This document shows positions 31,290 to 41,151 of a DNA stretch of 64,000 nucleotides, one piece after another; the stretch's first letter is position 1; each line of letters begins with the position of its first letter. Where the stretch lies: assembly GCA_902798825.1 (NCBI GenBank), contig CADBYI010000003.1:1993-65992 (forward strand), read 5' to 3'. A model generated the notes under the pieces. It was not told the DNA's origin and did not search any database. It saw nothing but the letters and a program-made list of their open reading frames with translations. The DNA is from an uncultured Eubacteriales bacterium. GTDB lineage: Bacteria; Bacillota; Clostridia; Christensenellales; CAG-138. The position numbers and the translations under genes are program-made.

Positions 31290-32074
31290 ATCGTGTTCCC
31301 TTTCAATGGTTTCAGTATTTCCTCTTCCTCCGCCCCCAACAGGGGGATGGTGCAGTCGTAGCCCAGGGCCGTCACCGTGGCATAGCCTTGGCTTAGCCAA
31401 TACTCGTCCGTGTCCCTGGGGCCTTCCTCGTTGGGGATGCGCTGGCCGCATTCATAAAAGATCAGCTCCCCCGCTTCCGCCCCGCGTTCCTCATAGGCCG
31501 CCTCATAGAGCACCTTGCCCAGATGCCCGTACCGTATGCCCTTCACTTCCTCCAGGGGCAGATCCGGTACGTTGATGCTGTAATATCCTCCAAAGGGCAG
31601 GGGTCTTTGCTGCAGCAGGGCGAGTCCCCGCCGGGCCAGCCTGGCGGCGGTCTCGAAATGGACGAAGGGCCCTTCGTGGCTCCCGTCCAGGGATACGGCC
31701 AGGGCGGGATAGCCGTGGATAGCCGCCTCCTGGGCCGCGCTGCAGGTGCCGGAATAGAGCACGTCCGTCCCCCGATTGGGCCCCAGGTTGATGCCGGAGA
31801 TCACCACCTCAGGGCGGGGGAACAGGCGTCCGAATCCCAAGCGCACGCAGTCCACCGGCGTGCCAGAAACGGCATAGGCCCGCACTTTGGGATGCTCCCG
31901 AAAAGGAACCTGCTTTGCCCGCAGGATGTTGCGGATGGTCATGGACCCACCTGCGGCGCTGCGCTGACGGTCCGGGGCAGACACGTACAGGCGATGGTCA
32001 GCGGCCAGCTCCTGAATCAGAGCCGCCATGCCCGGGGACAATAACCCATCATCGTTGGTCAACAGTATATCCAT
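31286..32074 (-). CDS. surE: 5'/3'-nucleotidase SurE
   Basis: MDILLTNDDGLLSPGMAAL is the SurE signature N-terminus. 262 aa. Confidence 0.92.
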   Translation of the reverse strand: MDILLTNDDGLLSPGMAALIQELAADHRLYVSAPDRQRSAAGGSMTIRNILRAKQVPFREHPKVRAYAVSGTPVDCVRLGFGRLFPRPEVVISGINLGPNRGTDVLYSGTCSAAQEAAIHGYPALAVSLDGSHEGPFVHFETAARLARRGLALLQQRPLPFGGYYSINVPDLPLEEVKGIRYGHLGKVLYEAAYEERGAEAGELIFYECGQRIPNEEGPRDTDEYWLSQGYATVTALGYDCTIPLLGAEEEEILKPLKGNTI

Positions 32075-32100
32075 ACAATGCTCCCGTATTGCTTACCGCT

Positions 32101-32129
32101 ATGTTACCCCATTTGACGCAATAATGCAA
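32101..32129 (-). promoter_or_regulatory. Promoter candidate for the surE operon
   Basis: Minus strand reads TTGCAT, 17-nt spacer, TAACAT. Confidence 0.4.
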
Positions 32130-32184
32130 GAGTGAAAGTGCCATCCTGCAAAATCATTTTCGTTTTTTCCGATAATAAAGGATT

Positions 32185-33897
32185 TCATCGGGGTATATGG
32201 GAGAAAAGGTGCAAGAGTCCATGCAAAATATGCCCTGTGGTCCAGGCAACCAACAGGTGACGCACAACGAGTTTCCCCGCTTCCTTCGCTCCCAGCTCCG
32301 CCCGCACGGTCGTCAGCGTGCCCAAGCAGGGCGGCAGCAGCAGCGCCACCACACCCAGGATACAAGCCTGCTCCCCGGAAAGGACCATGCCGTCCCGAAG
32401 AAACTGGGCCGCCGTGGAGGCCATGGTCTCCTTTGCGCCTAATCCAGCCAGAAGGATCACCCCCATCCGCCAGTCATCGAGGCCCAGGGGCCGCAGCAGG
32501 GGCAGCAGCAGCCGACCCAAGGCGTAGAGCAGGCTGTCCTCCCCCGCCTGTACGGGGCGAAGAAGCCCGTCCACATGGGCAGCCGCCCACAAAAGAAAGG
32601 CCGTTGGCAGCAGGATCAGGCCCGCCCGACGCAGGAAGTGATCCAGGTGTTTCCCCGTCTCCCGCAGCACACTCTGCCACCGGGGCAGCCGTATGGTCGG
32701 CAGTTCCAGATAGAAAGCAGGCTCACGTGCACCCCTTTGGGTCAAAGAACCGTAAGCTACGCCGAGAAGCAGGCTGATCCCGTAAAGCAGCAGCGCCCCG
32801 CCAGCGGGGTGGTCTCTATGGAGCAGACTGCCCAAAAGCAATACAAAGGGCAAGCGGGCCGAGCAGGGCACGAAGGGTAGGAGCCTAACCGTAAGCTGCC
32901 GTGCCTCCCGTTCCGGCAAGGTTCGAGTAGCCATGACGGCGGGCACCGTGCAGCCGAACCCCAGCAGCAGCGGGACGGCGCATCGCCCGTCCAGCCCCAG
33001 CCTCTTCAGCCACCCATCCAGCAGAAAGGCGGCCCGGGGCAGATATCCCACGTCCTCCAGCACCGTCAGCAGAAGGGACAGGACCGTGACGACGGGCAGA
33101 AAGGACAGCACATATCCGGCGCTGGTCAGCAGCCCCTCCCGGAACCACGGCCGATCCAGCACCGTCCCTGTCAGCGCCTCCGTAGCCGCGTCCATCAGCG
33201 CCGCCACGCCCCGGCTCAACCAGGGTCCCACCCACTGAAACGTCAGGAGGAACACCACTCCCAGGATCGCCCCAAAGAGAGGCAGACCCCACAGGGGATG
33301 CAGCAGGAGCCTGTCGATGCCCTGCCGGCACTCTGTGCCCGGTTTTGTCACCACCTCCTCCCCTATCCTTCGGGCCAGCTCATATACGCCCTCCGGGGCA
33401 GCGGGCACGGCGAGAGCGGACACCCGGCCCTCCCGTAGCAGGCGATTTAGGTCCGTCAATCCCTCCCCGGTCCGGGCGCTGATGGGGTACACGGGCACCC
33501 CCAGCCGAGCGGAGAGGGCCTTTACATCCACAACGATCCCTCTCTTTCTGGCTTCATCGGTCATGTTCAGCAGCACCGCCATGGGCTTTTTAAGGGACAG
33601 CAGCGACAGGGTCAGCATGAGGCCCCGGACGAGGGCGGTGCTATCCACCACGTTCCAGATGAGATCGAAGGTCTCCCTCTCCACGGCCGCCCTGGCCGCC
33701 GTTTCGTCCGGCCCACCCCCTGTGAGGCTGTAGAGGCCCGGCAGGTCCACCAACTCCTCTTCCCGACCGCGAAGCCGCCCCCTGGCGCAGGTCACCGTCA
33801 CCCCCGCCCGGTTCCCCGTGTGCTCCTGCCGGCCGGTCAGCCGGTTGAACAGGGTGGTTTTGCCGCAATTGGGCTGGCCCACCAAAAGAATGCGCAT
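32185..33897 (-). CDS. feoB: Ferrous iron transport protein B
   Basis: N-terminal G domain MRILLVGQPNCGKTTLFNRLTG followed by a polytopic membrane domain. 570 aa. No feoA in either flank. Confidence 0.85.
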   Translation of the reverse strand: MRILLVGQPNCGKTTLFNRLTGRQEHTGNRAGVTVTCARGRLRGREEELVDLPGLYSLTGGGPDETAARAAVERETFDLIWNVVDSTALVRGLMLTLSLLSLKKPMAVLLNMTDEARKRGIVVDVKALSARLGVPVYPISARTGEGLTDLNRLLREGRVSALAVPAAPEGVYELARRIGEEVVTKPGTECRQGIDRLLLHPLWGLPLFGAILGVVFLLTFQWVGPWLSRGVAALMDAATEALTGTVLDRPWFREGLLTSAGYVLSFLPVVTVLSLLLTVLEDVGYLPRAAFLLDGWLKRLGLDGRCAVPLLLGFGCTVPAVMATRTLPEREARQLTVRLLPFVPCSARLPFVLLLGSLLHRDHPAGGALLLYGISLLLGVAYGSLTQRGAREPAFYLELPTIRLPRWQSVLRETGKHLDHFLRRAGLILLPTAFLLWAAAHVDGLLRPVQAGEDSLLYALGRLLLPLLRPLGLDDWRMGVILLAGLGAKETMASTAAQFLRDGMVLSGEQACILGVVALLLPPCLGTLTTVRAELGAKEAGKLVVRHLLVAWTTGHILHGLLHLFSHIPR

Positions 33898-33926
33898 AAA
33901 AAAATAGCCTCCTTTGGGGGAGGCTA
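33898..33926 (-). terminator. Intrinsic terminator after the beta-propeller gene, abutting the feoB ATG
   Basis: Minus strand reads TAGCCTCC-CCCAAA-GGAGGCTA, then TTTTTTT, then immediately ATG (33897). Confidence 0.8.
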
Positions 33927-33949
33927 TGCGTTGAAGCTTCTGCTTATGC

Positions 33950-35809
33950 TCACTCGATCTTGACGCAATAGATCAGGGGGCTGGTCTCGGTGCCGTCAGG
34001 GGTCTGCCCCGTGGTGCCCACCACCAGATAGTTGCCAAAGGCCGCAGGGGTGGAATCGATCCGTGCCCCCAGATCCAGGGAGGCGCACAGGGCCATGCCG
34101 CCGGTGGCAGCGTCATATAGATTCATCTTGCCGGATCGATCGCAGGCGACGAGATAGGCGTCGCCCCGGTCCGTATAGAACACCACCGGAGAGGCTACAT
34201 AGTCCGCGCTGCCCTCGGTCTCGATGGACCAGACCACGGTGCCGTCGGACTTGTCGAAGGCCACCAGCCGTCCGCCATAGGTATAGGAGCTGACGGCGCC
34301 GGTATCGTCCACCACGGGGATGCCCGCGCCGGAGAAGGCGCAGATCAAAAGGTTACTGATGTTCCCCCGCCCCACATGAGGCGTGGCCCGACAGCCGCTC
34401 TTATAGGAGCCGTTGCCCACATAGGATATCCGATCCTTGGACCAGACCACCTCCCCTGTCAGGGCGTTGATCTTCTTCATGGTGGCGTAGCCCCAGCCCG
34501 CGGGCAGGTCCGCCGCCTGTACGTTGGTCTGGCTGGCGGTGTAAACGAAGAGGGTGCCCGCCGCCCCGTCCTCCTCCAGCACGGGGGACGCGTCCGTATC
34601 GCCGCCCAGATCCACGGCATAGAGGAGCTTCAGGGTGTTGGTATCGATGCACTGAAGGTGGCCGCCGTTGTCGGTGATAAAGAGATAGTTGCGGAAGATG
34701 GCGGGCGAGGACTCGAATCCGTACCAGCGCTTGCCCGTGCCGTCGTTGGAATTGTAGTTGGGCCCGGTGTAGCGATACTTCACCCTGTCCCCGGGATTGA
34801 TGGAGATGGTCCCCTTCTCCGGGTCATACTTGGTGCGCAGGGAGACGAAGTAGATGATACCGCCCTCGCTGGGCTGGATCAGGGTGTCGTTGATGATGAG
34901 GGGAGAGGCGTCGAAGGCGTTCCACTTGCTCCGGTAGGCGAAGTAATCCCGGCCGCCGAACTCGTATTCCACCTTGTTGCTGATCAGGTTGATGGCGTAG
35001 TAGTAGCTGACCTCCGTGCCCCGGGCGTTCTTCTTCATGAGCCCAGACCCCACATAGAGCATGGGCCGTCCGTCCGGGTCCAGGGAGGCGGTCCCGAACA
35101 GGGATATGCCCACCGAAATGGGCTGCCGGGTCTGGCCGCCGGTGAGCAGGTCGAAGAAGTAGATGTTGCCGTCCGCCGAGGGGTAGATGACCTCGATAAA
35201 GTCCTCCATGGACTTGTATATGTCGCCGACGCCCAGAGTGGGGAGCACATCCGGCTTCCACTTGACCAGCAGGGGCTGGCCCGTCCAGGAGGTGCCGGCA
35301 TAGTCGCCCAGCTTGCCGATGATGGACTGCCAGGTGATCTGCAGGGATTTTAGGGTGACGGTGGCGGTGCCGAAGGCGAAGCTGTCCCGATAGGGGCCGC
35401 TGCCGAAGGTGATGACGCCGGTCAGGTCCGTGTAGACATCCTTGCTGTTGAGAGTAAGGCCCATTTCCCGGGGTGCCGTGTCCCTGATCTTGTCCTCGTT
35501 GTTCAGTCGGACAAAGGACTCCAACCCGTCCTTCTCGCTGCCGGTGACCGTATAGGTAGTATCCTTGCTAAGGCGCTTCTTTTGGACCACGCCGACAGGC
35601 TGTCCCTGGCCCTGGGATTCGTCCTCGGACCCATCCGACGGAGAGGCGCTGGCGCTCACGGGCAAATCCAGCTCGCTCTGCTTCCGACGCTCCTGAAAAT
35701 AGTCCACACCGGCGGAGGAAAGCAGCACGACGCCCACCACCAGCGCCACGGACAGCGCCAGGAACAAAAAGAACCGAGGTTGAAACGTGCGGCGTGTCTT
35801 GCGTCTCAT
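33950..35809 (-). CDS. Membrane-anchored PQQ-like (BamB-type) beta-propeller repeat protein
   Basis: N-terminal TM anchor and repeated beta-strand motifs (INALTGEVVWSK, VAFDKSDGTVVWS, NLYDAATGG). ATG at 35809 has a GGAGG SD. The ORF extends to 35827. Confidence 0.7.
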   Translation of the reverse strand: MRRKTRRTFQPRFFLFLALSVALVVGVVLLSSAGVDYFQERRKQSELDLPVSASASPSDGSEDESQGQGQPVGVVQKKRLSKDTTYTVTGSEKDGLESFVRLNNEDKIRDTAPREMGLTLNSKDVYTDLTGVITFGSGPYRDSFAFGTATVTLKSLQITWQSIIGKLGDYAGTSWTGQPLLVKWKPDVLPTLGVGDIYKSMEDFIEVIYPSADGNIYFFDLLTGGQTRQPISVGISLFGTASLDPDGRPMLYVGSGLMKKNARGTEVSYYYAINLISNKVEYEFGGRDYFAYRSKWNAFDASPLIINDTLIQPSEGGIIYFVSLRTKYDPEKGTISINPGDRVKYRYTGPNYNSNDGTGKRWYGFESSPAIFRNYLFITDNGGHLQCIDTNTLKLLYAVDLGGDTDASPVLEEDGAAGTLFVYTASQTNVQAADLPAGWGYATMKKINALTGEVVWSKDRISYVGNGSYKSGCRATPHVGRGNISNLLICAFSGAGIPVVDDTGAVSSYTYGGRLVAFDKSDGTVVWSIETEGSADYVASPVVFYTDRGDAYLVACDRSGKMNLYDAATGGMALCASLDLGARIDSTPAAFGNYLVVGTTGQTPDGTETSPLIYCVKIE

Positions 35810-35921
35810 TGCCTTCCCTCCCATCATTTGGTGACAGTATCATACATCATTCCGCGCTTTTATTGCAAGAGCGCACCCGCGGTATCCGTTTGAACGTTCT
35901 GTGAATATCGCCTGTCTGCCC

Positions 35922-36929
35922 TCATTTTGTGAGATAGGCGCGGAGCCTGTCCAGCTGACCCATACAGTCCCCGTACCCCAGGGTATAGAGGGCCAGGAGC
36001 TTGTCCACGTCCCCCTCGATGGTCCCCACCTGGATGGGCCGGGAGGGCGTCATGTGCATCAGCCGTCCCTGCCGGTCCAGCCGTTCCAATTCCTCACACT
36101 GTTCGTTGTATCGGGCCGGTCCAGCTTCCAGCGCCGCCATGAGGGCCGGATATGCCCGGTAAAAGCGCCGCAGGGCGTTCTGCTCCCGGCGGGCCAGCCG
36201 TTCCGACAGGATGGGATAGGTCCGATATATCCTTTTGGACACGGGCAGCCCCCTTTTGGCCATTTCCTTCATCAGGGCCGGCGGTTCCCGGCGGGTCCTG
36301 CCCCCGTCCCGAAAGCTCCTGTCCCTGGTGCGGATCACCACGATCTTCTCATACCCCTGTTCCAGAGCCCAGGCGTAGGGGATCTTGCAGGCGCAGCCCC
36401 CGTCCAGATAGGGCGCCCCCTCCACCATGACCACGGGCGAGATAAAGGGCATGGTGGCGGAGGCCCTGGCCGCCATCAGGATGTTCACGCAGCGTCCCTT
36501 TTCAAAATAGGTGGCCTGCCCCGTCTGGCAGTCGGTGGCCACGGCCACATACCGCTGATCAGGCCGTTTGAATCGTTCATAGTCCAGGGGCTCCAGGATG
36601 CCCCTATCCTCCGTGAGAAAGCCCACATCCAAAATGCTGTGGCTGTGGAGCAGGGATTTTGCCCCCACATACCGGCTGTCGTGGCGGAAGGTCAGGTTCG
36701 TCCGGGCGGACCGGCCGATCTGACCGGAGACATAGTTGATCCCCGCCAGAGCCCCGGCGGACACGCCGATGACGCAGGACAGGTTCAGCCCGTTCTCCAT
36801 CATTGCGTCCAAGAAGCCCTGGGTGTACAGGCCCCGAAAGGCGCCGCCCTCCAGCACCAAGCACCCCTCTATCAGCTCGGGTCCCGCCTGGCCCCGGGGA
36901 ATATCCTCTATGCGCAAAAACTCCTTCAT
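35922..36929 (-). CDS. Patatin-like phospholipase family protein
   Basis: Motifs LEGGAFRG (GxGxxG), GVSAG (GxSxG) and YLDGG (DGA/G). Confidence 0.88.
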   Translation of the reverse strand: MKEFLRIEDIPRGQAGPELIEGCLVLEGGAFRGLYTQGFLDAMMENGLNLSCVIGVSAGALAGINYVSGQIGRSARTNLTFRHDSRYVGAKSLLHSHSILDVGFLTEDRGILEPLDYERFKRPDQRYVAVATDCQTGQATYFEKGRCVNILMAARASATMPFISPVVMVEGAPYLDGGCACKIPYAWALEQGYEKIVVIRTRDRSFRDGGRTRREPPALMKEMAKRGLPVSKRIYRTYPILSERLARREQNALRRFYRAYPALMAALEAGPARYNEQCEELERLDRQGRLMHMTPSRPIQVGTIEGDVDKLLALYTLGYGDCMGQLDRLRAYLTK

Positions 36930-36992
36930 CCGCTGCTCTCCTTTATATGCGACGGGTCAGTCTACCACATTCCCGGCTCCATTTCAAGCAAA

Positions 36993-37283
36993 AGAGGAGC
37001 CTTTCGGCTCCTCTCAGGCTGTCGAAAAAGGCGGCAGACCATTTGCGTCAAATAAATAGATGGGCGGTCTATGGATCGCCCCCACAGAACTAAAGGTTGA
37101 AATGGCGCCAGATGACGCCATTTCTTTTGAATAGGTGCCGCAAATTAACGGCGTTTTTCCCCTCTCGCGGTACCTTTGTACAGCTTCGGGGGAAAGAACG
37201 CCGTTTCTGCCATCCTTTGCTGACAGCCTGTTCTGCTTGTCAAAAGGTTTTTGACAAGCAGAGAGGAGCCGTTTGGCTCCTCT
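36993..37283 (-). repeat. Terminator-embedded structured repeat, copy 2 (core 37015..37261; duplicated 22-bp hairpin at 36993..37014 and 37262..37283)
   Basis: The reverse complement of the core aligns with copies 1 and 3. It lies directly after the groEL stop (37301). On the minus strand only the distal hairpin is followed by TTTTG. Confidence 0.9.
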
Positions 37284-37300
37284 TGCGTGTCTGTATGGGA

Positions 37301-38932
<1,632 letters not shown>

Positions 38933-38943
38933 TTATATCCTCC

Positions 38944-39228
38944 TTATTTCACGATGGCCAGAATGTCGTTCTGCTTGAGGATGACGAACTCCTCGTCGTC
39001 CAGCTTCACTTCGGTGCCGGCGTACTTGCTGTACACCACTTTGTCGCCGGCCTTGACCTGCATGGAGACTTCCTTGCCGTCCACCATGCCGCCGGGGCCC
39101 ACCGCGATGACCTCCGCGAATTGGGGCTTCTCCTTCGCCGCGCTGGTGAGGATGATGCCGCCCTTGCTGACCTCCTCCGTCTCCACTTGCTTCACGACCA
39201 CACGGTCCATCAAAGGTTTCAGTTGCAT
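38944..39228 (-). CDS. groS: Co-chaperonin GroES
   Basis: 94 aa. MQLKPLMDRVVVKQVETEE..., immediately upstream of groEL. Confidence 0.97.
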   Translation of the reverse strand: MQLKPLMDRVVVKQVETEEVSKGGIILTSAAKEKPQFAEVIAVGPGGMVDGKEVSMQVKAGDKVVYSKYAGTEVKLDDEEFVILKQNDILAIVK

Positions 39229-39254
39229 GATCTACAATGCCTCCTGTTGATTAT

Positions 39255-39281
39255 TTAGCACTCAAACTTCCCGAGTGCTAA
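39255..39281 (-). promoter_or_regulatory. CIRCE operator (HrcA binding site)
   Basis: TTAGCACTC-N9-GAGTGCTAA is a perfect match to the CIRCE consensus. It lies between the -10 and the groES SD. Confidence 0.92.
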
Positions 39282-39292
39282 TTCTGGAACCT

Positions 39293-39320
39293 ATTATATC
39301 ATCGATTTCATCCCTGTCAA
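39293..39320 (-). promoter_or_regulatory. groES-groEL promoter
   Basis: Minus strand reads TTGACA, 16-nt spacer, TGaTATAAT (extended -10). Confidence 0.7.
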
Positions 39321-39360
39321 GCGAACCATATGCTGGAAAATGCAACGAAGTTGTGAAATC

Positions 39361-39393
39361 AAGGGGCAGGAAACAAAATGTTTCCTGCCCCTT
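39361..39393. other. Perfect 15-bp hairpin without a T-tract
   Basis: AAGGGGCAGGAAACA-AAA-TGTTTCCTGCCCCTT, in the spacer between the P-loop gene and the groES promoter. Confidence 0.6.
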
Positions 39394-39574
39394 GGAAACG
39401 CCTGCGGGCGAGTGCTCCGCGTTCGCTCCGCTTACGGCTCTGCCTATGACACAGTCACCGGGCGGCAGAGCCGCAAGGAGTCAAATCCACCGCACATGTC
39501 GCTGGATTTGACATATTAGAAGCCAACCGTTCTTCTTTAAGCGTTTACGTTCGCGCGGCTACACCGCGCTTATG

Positions 39575-40099
39575 TTACCCGTTGAGTGGAATATTCGTTG
39601 ATGTATGGTAGTCTTCCTCTGTCCAGATGACTTGCTCCCCCGCCGCCTGGAATCCCTCGGCATACTTGCGGTTCTCCGCCTTTAGATATGAGGGCGTGAG
39701 GCTGGAATCGTCCAGGCGACATTCGATATCAGAGGCGTGGGCCTTGATCTGGTCGAAGTGGGCGTCGATGTAATCGTCGGACATGGCCAGGCACAGGAAG
39801 CGGATGGACGCAAGATAGTCTGGGGTGAAGTCCTTACGCCAGTCGAAGGGCACGTAACAGCCCTCCACGATCAGGTCCTGCCGGTTCTCGATGGCGGTCT
39901 TCATGATCTCCCGAACAATGGGCCAGAGATACCCTGTCAGGGCGTCGTCATCCGCCGGGGTCAGGTCGGTCTGGCCGCTGCGAATAAGGCCCATCTTCAG
40001 ATGATCTATGGACAGATATGGATACCTGTACCTCTCCAGCATCCGCTGGGCCAAAAGGGTCTTCCCCGTGTGGCTGGCCCCGGTGATCAGAATGACCAT
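39575..40099 (-). CDS. P-loop NTPase (putative small-molecule kinase)
   Basis: Start MVILITGASHTGKTLLAQRML (Walker A) with a GGGAGG SD. 174 aa. Family not resolved. Confidence 0.6.
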   Translation of the reverse strand: MVILITGASHTGKTLLAQRMLERYRYPYLSIDHLKMGLIRSGQTDLTPADDDALTGYLWPIVREIMKTAIENRQDLIVEGCYVPFDWRKDFTPDYLASIRFLCLAMSDDYIDAHFDQIKAHASDIECRLDDSSLTPSYLKAENRKYAEGFQAAGEQVIWTEEDYHTSTNIPLNG

Positions 40100-40110
40100 A
40101 TGTTCCTCCC

Positions 40111-41142
40111 TTACAGTTTCATATCCCGAAAGGCATCGGACATCCCCGATACCAGATGCCACTGCCGCTTCATGTAGGCCCGCAGGGGCTCCACAGAGCT
40201 TGCATAGGCGGCAAGGACGGCCTTAGGGTCATCGAAGTGGTCCAGCATGGCTGTTGCCAGCTGGTGGCCGCTCTCAATGGCGGAGGACACGCCTTCGCCC
40301 ATGGGGTTGAGAAAGCCCGCCGTTTCCCCAGCGAAGAAGACCCGCCCCACGCCATGATCGATGACGCAGCCGGGCTGGACCCGGTGCATGAGCCACCGGT
40401 CTTTTTTCAGCTCCCGCTCTATCCTCAGGCCATGTCGGTCCTGCATATATGCAATGAATTTTGAGAAATATTCATTGACCTGATCGCTGTCCCGGACGGA
40501 CACGCCCATCACCAGTTGCCCATCCTTCACGTTGAACCAGGCGTCGTACTGAGACAGGTCCGATTGGAGCCAGGCATAGAAATAGTGAGGGTCCAGGTCG
40601 ATGGTGCCCCGGTTATAGGTCTGATAGGTGGTGATGAACTTAGGCTCCCTCCCCGTAAGCTTCCGCTTCAGCATCCCCGTGACGCCCTCGCCGTCTATGA
40701 GGTATGGAGCCTGCTCGGTGTAGGTCCGCCCGCAGCTCTTCAGCGTCACAGTCACGACGCCCGCCCTTTCCTCGCAGGCAATGGCCGCCGTATCGTCCCG
40801 GATCTCCGCCCCGGCGCTGGCCGCCTTGTCCGCCAGCCACTGGTCGAAGGTGCTACGCCACACATTGCGCCCGCTCTGCTCGAAGCGAAAGGTATTGCCC
40901 CTGTCGTCCGTCAGGATCACGCCCCGATTCTCCGTGGGGGTGCACATGGTCGCTTCGGGAACGGGCTCTCTGAAATATGCTTCCACCAGGTCCAGGGTCT
41001 TTTGGATGAGTTGGCCGGAGCAGGACTTGTATCGGGGCATTTTGAAGCGTTCCACCAGCAGTACCCGGTAGCCCTTCTCGGCCAGGGTCCTGGCGGCGGT
41101 GCTGCCCGCCGGTCCCGCTCCGATAACGATGGCGTCGTACAT
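40111..41142 (-). CDS. NAD(P)/FAD-dependent oxidoreductase (geranylgeranyl reductase-like)
   Basis: MYDAIVIGAGPAGSTAARTLAEKGYRVLLVE is a dinucleotide-binding N-terminus. 343 aa. Confidence 0.8.
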   Translation of the reverse strand: MYDAIVIGAGPAGSTAARTLAEKGYRVLLVERFKMPRYKSCSGQLIQKTLDLVEAYFREPVPEATMCTPTENRGVILTDDRGNTFRFEQSGRNVWRSTFDQWLADKAASAGAEIRDDTAAIACEERAGVVTVTLKSCGRTYTEQAPYLIDGEGVTGMLKRKLTGREPKFITTYQTYNRGTIDLDPHYFYAWLQSDLSQYDAWFNVKDGQLVMGVSVRDSDQVNEYFSKFIAYMQDRHGLRIERELKKDRWLMHRVQPGCVIDHGVGRVFFAGETAGFLNPMGEGVSSAIESGHQLATAMLDHFDDPKAVLAAYASSVEPLRAYMKRQWHLVSGMSDAFRDMKL

Positions 41143-41151
41143 GCTTCCTCT

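Noticed and set aside
28541-31451. N-terminal extensions given in the ORF track for cmk (to 29485), the flavoprotein (to 30741) and the RpiR regulator (to 31451).
   Set aside because: The extensions overlap the preceding genes in another frame and translate to Arg/Gly/Pro-rich junk. Internal ATGs that form ATGA overlaps with the upstream stop give proteins starting at the conserved family N-termini.
39478-39513. A CRISPR-repeat-like sequence (..GGTGGATTTGAC, reminiscent of the type I-C repeat 3' end GTGGATTGAAAC).
   Set aside because: It is a single inverted pair forming one hairpin. There are no spaced direct repeats and no cas genes, so it is not a CRISPR array.
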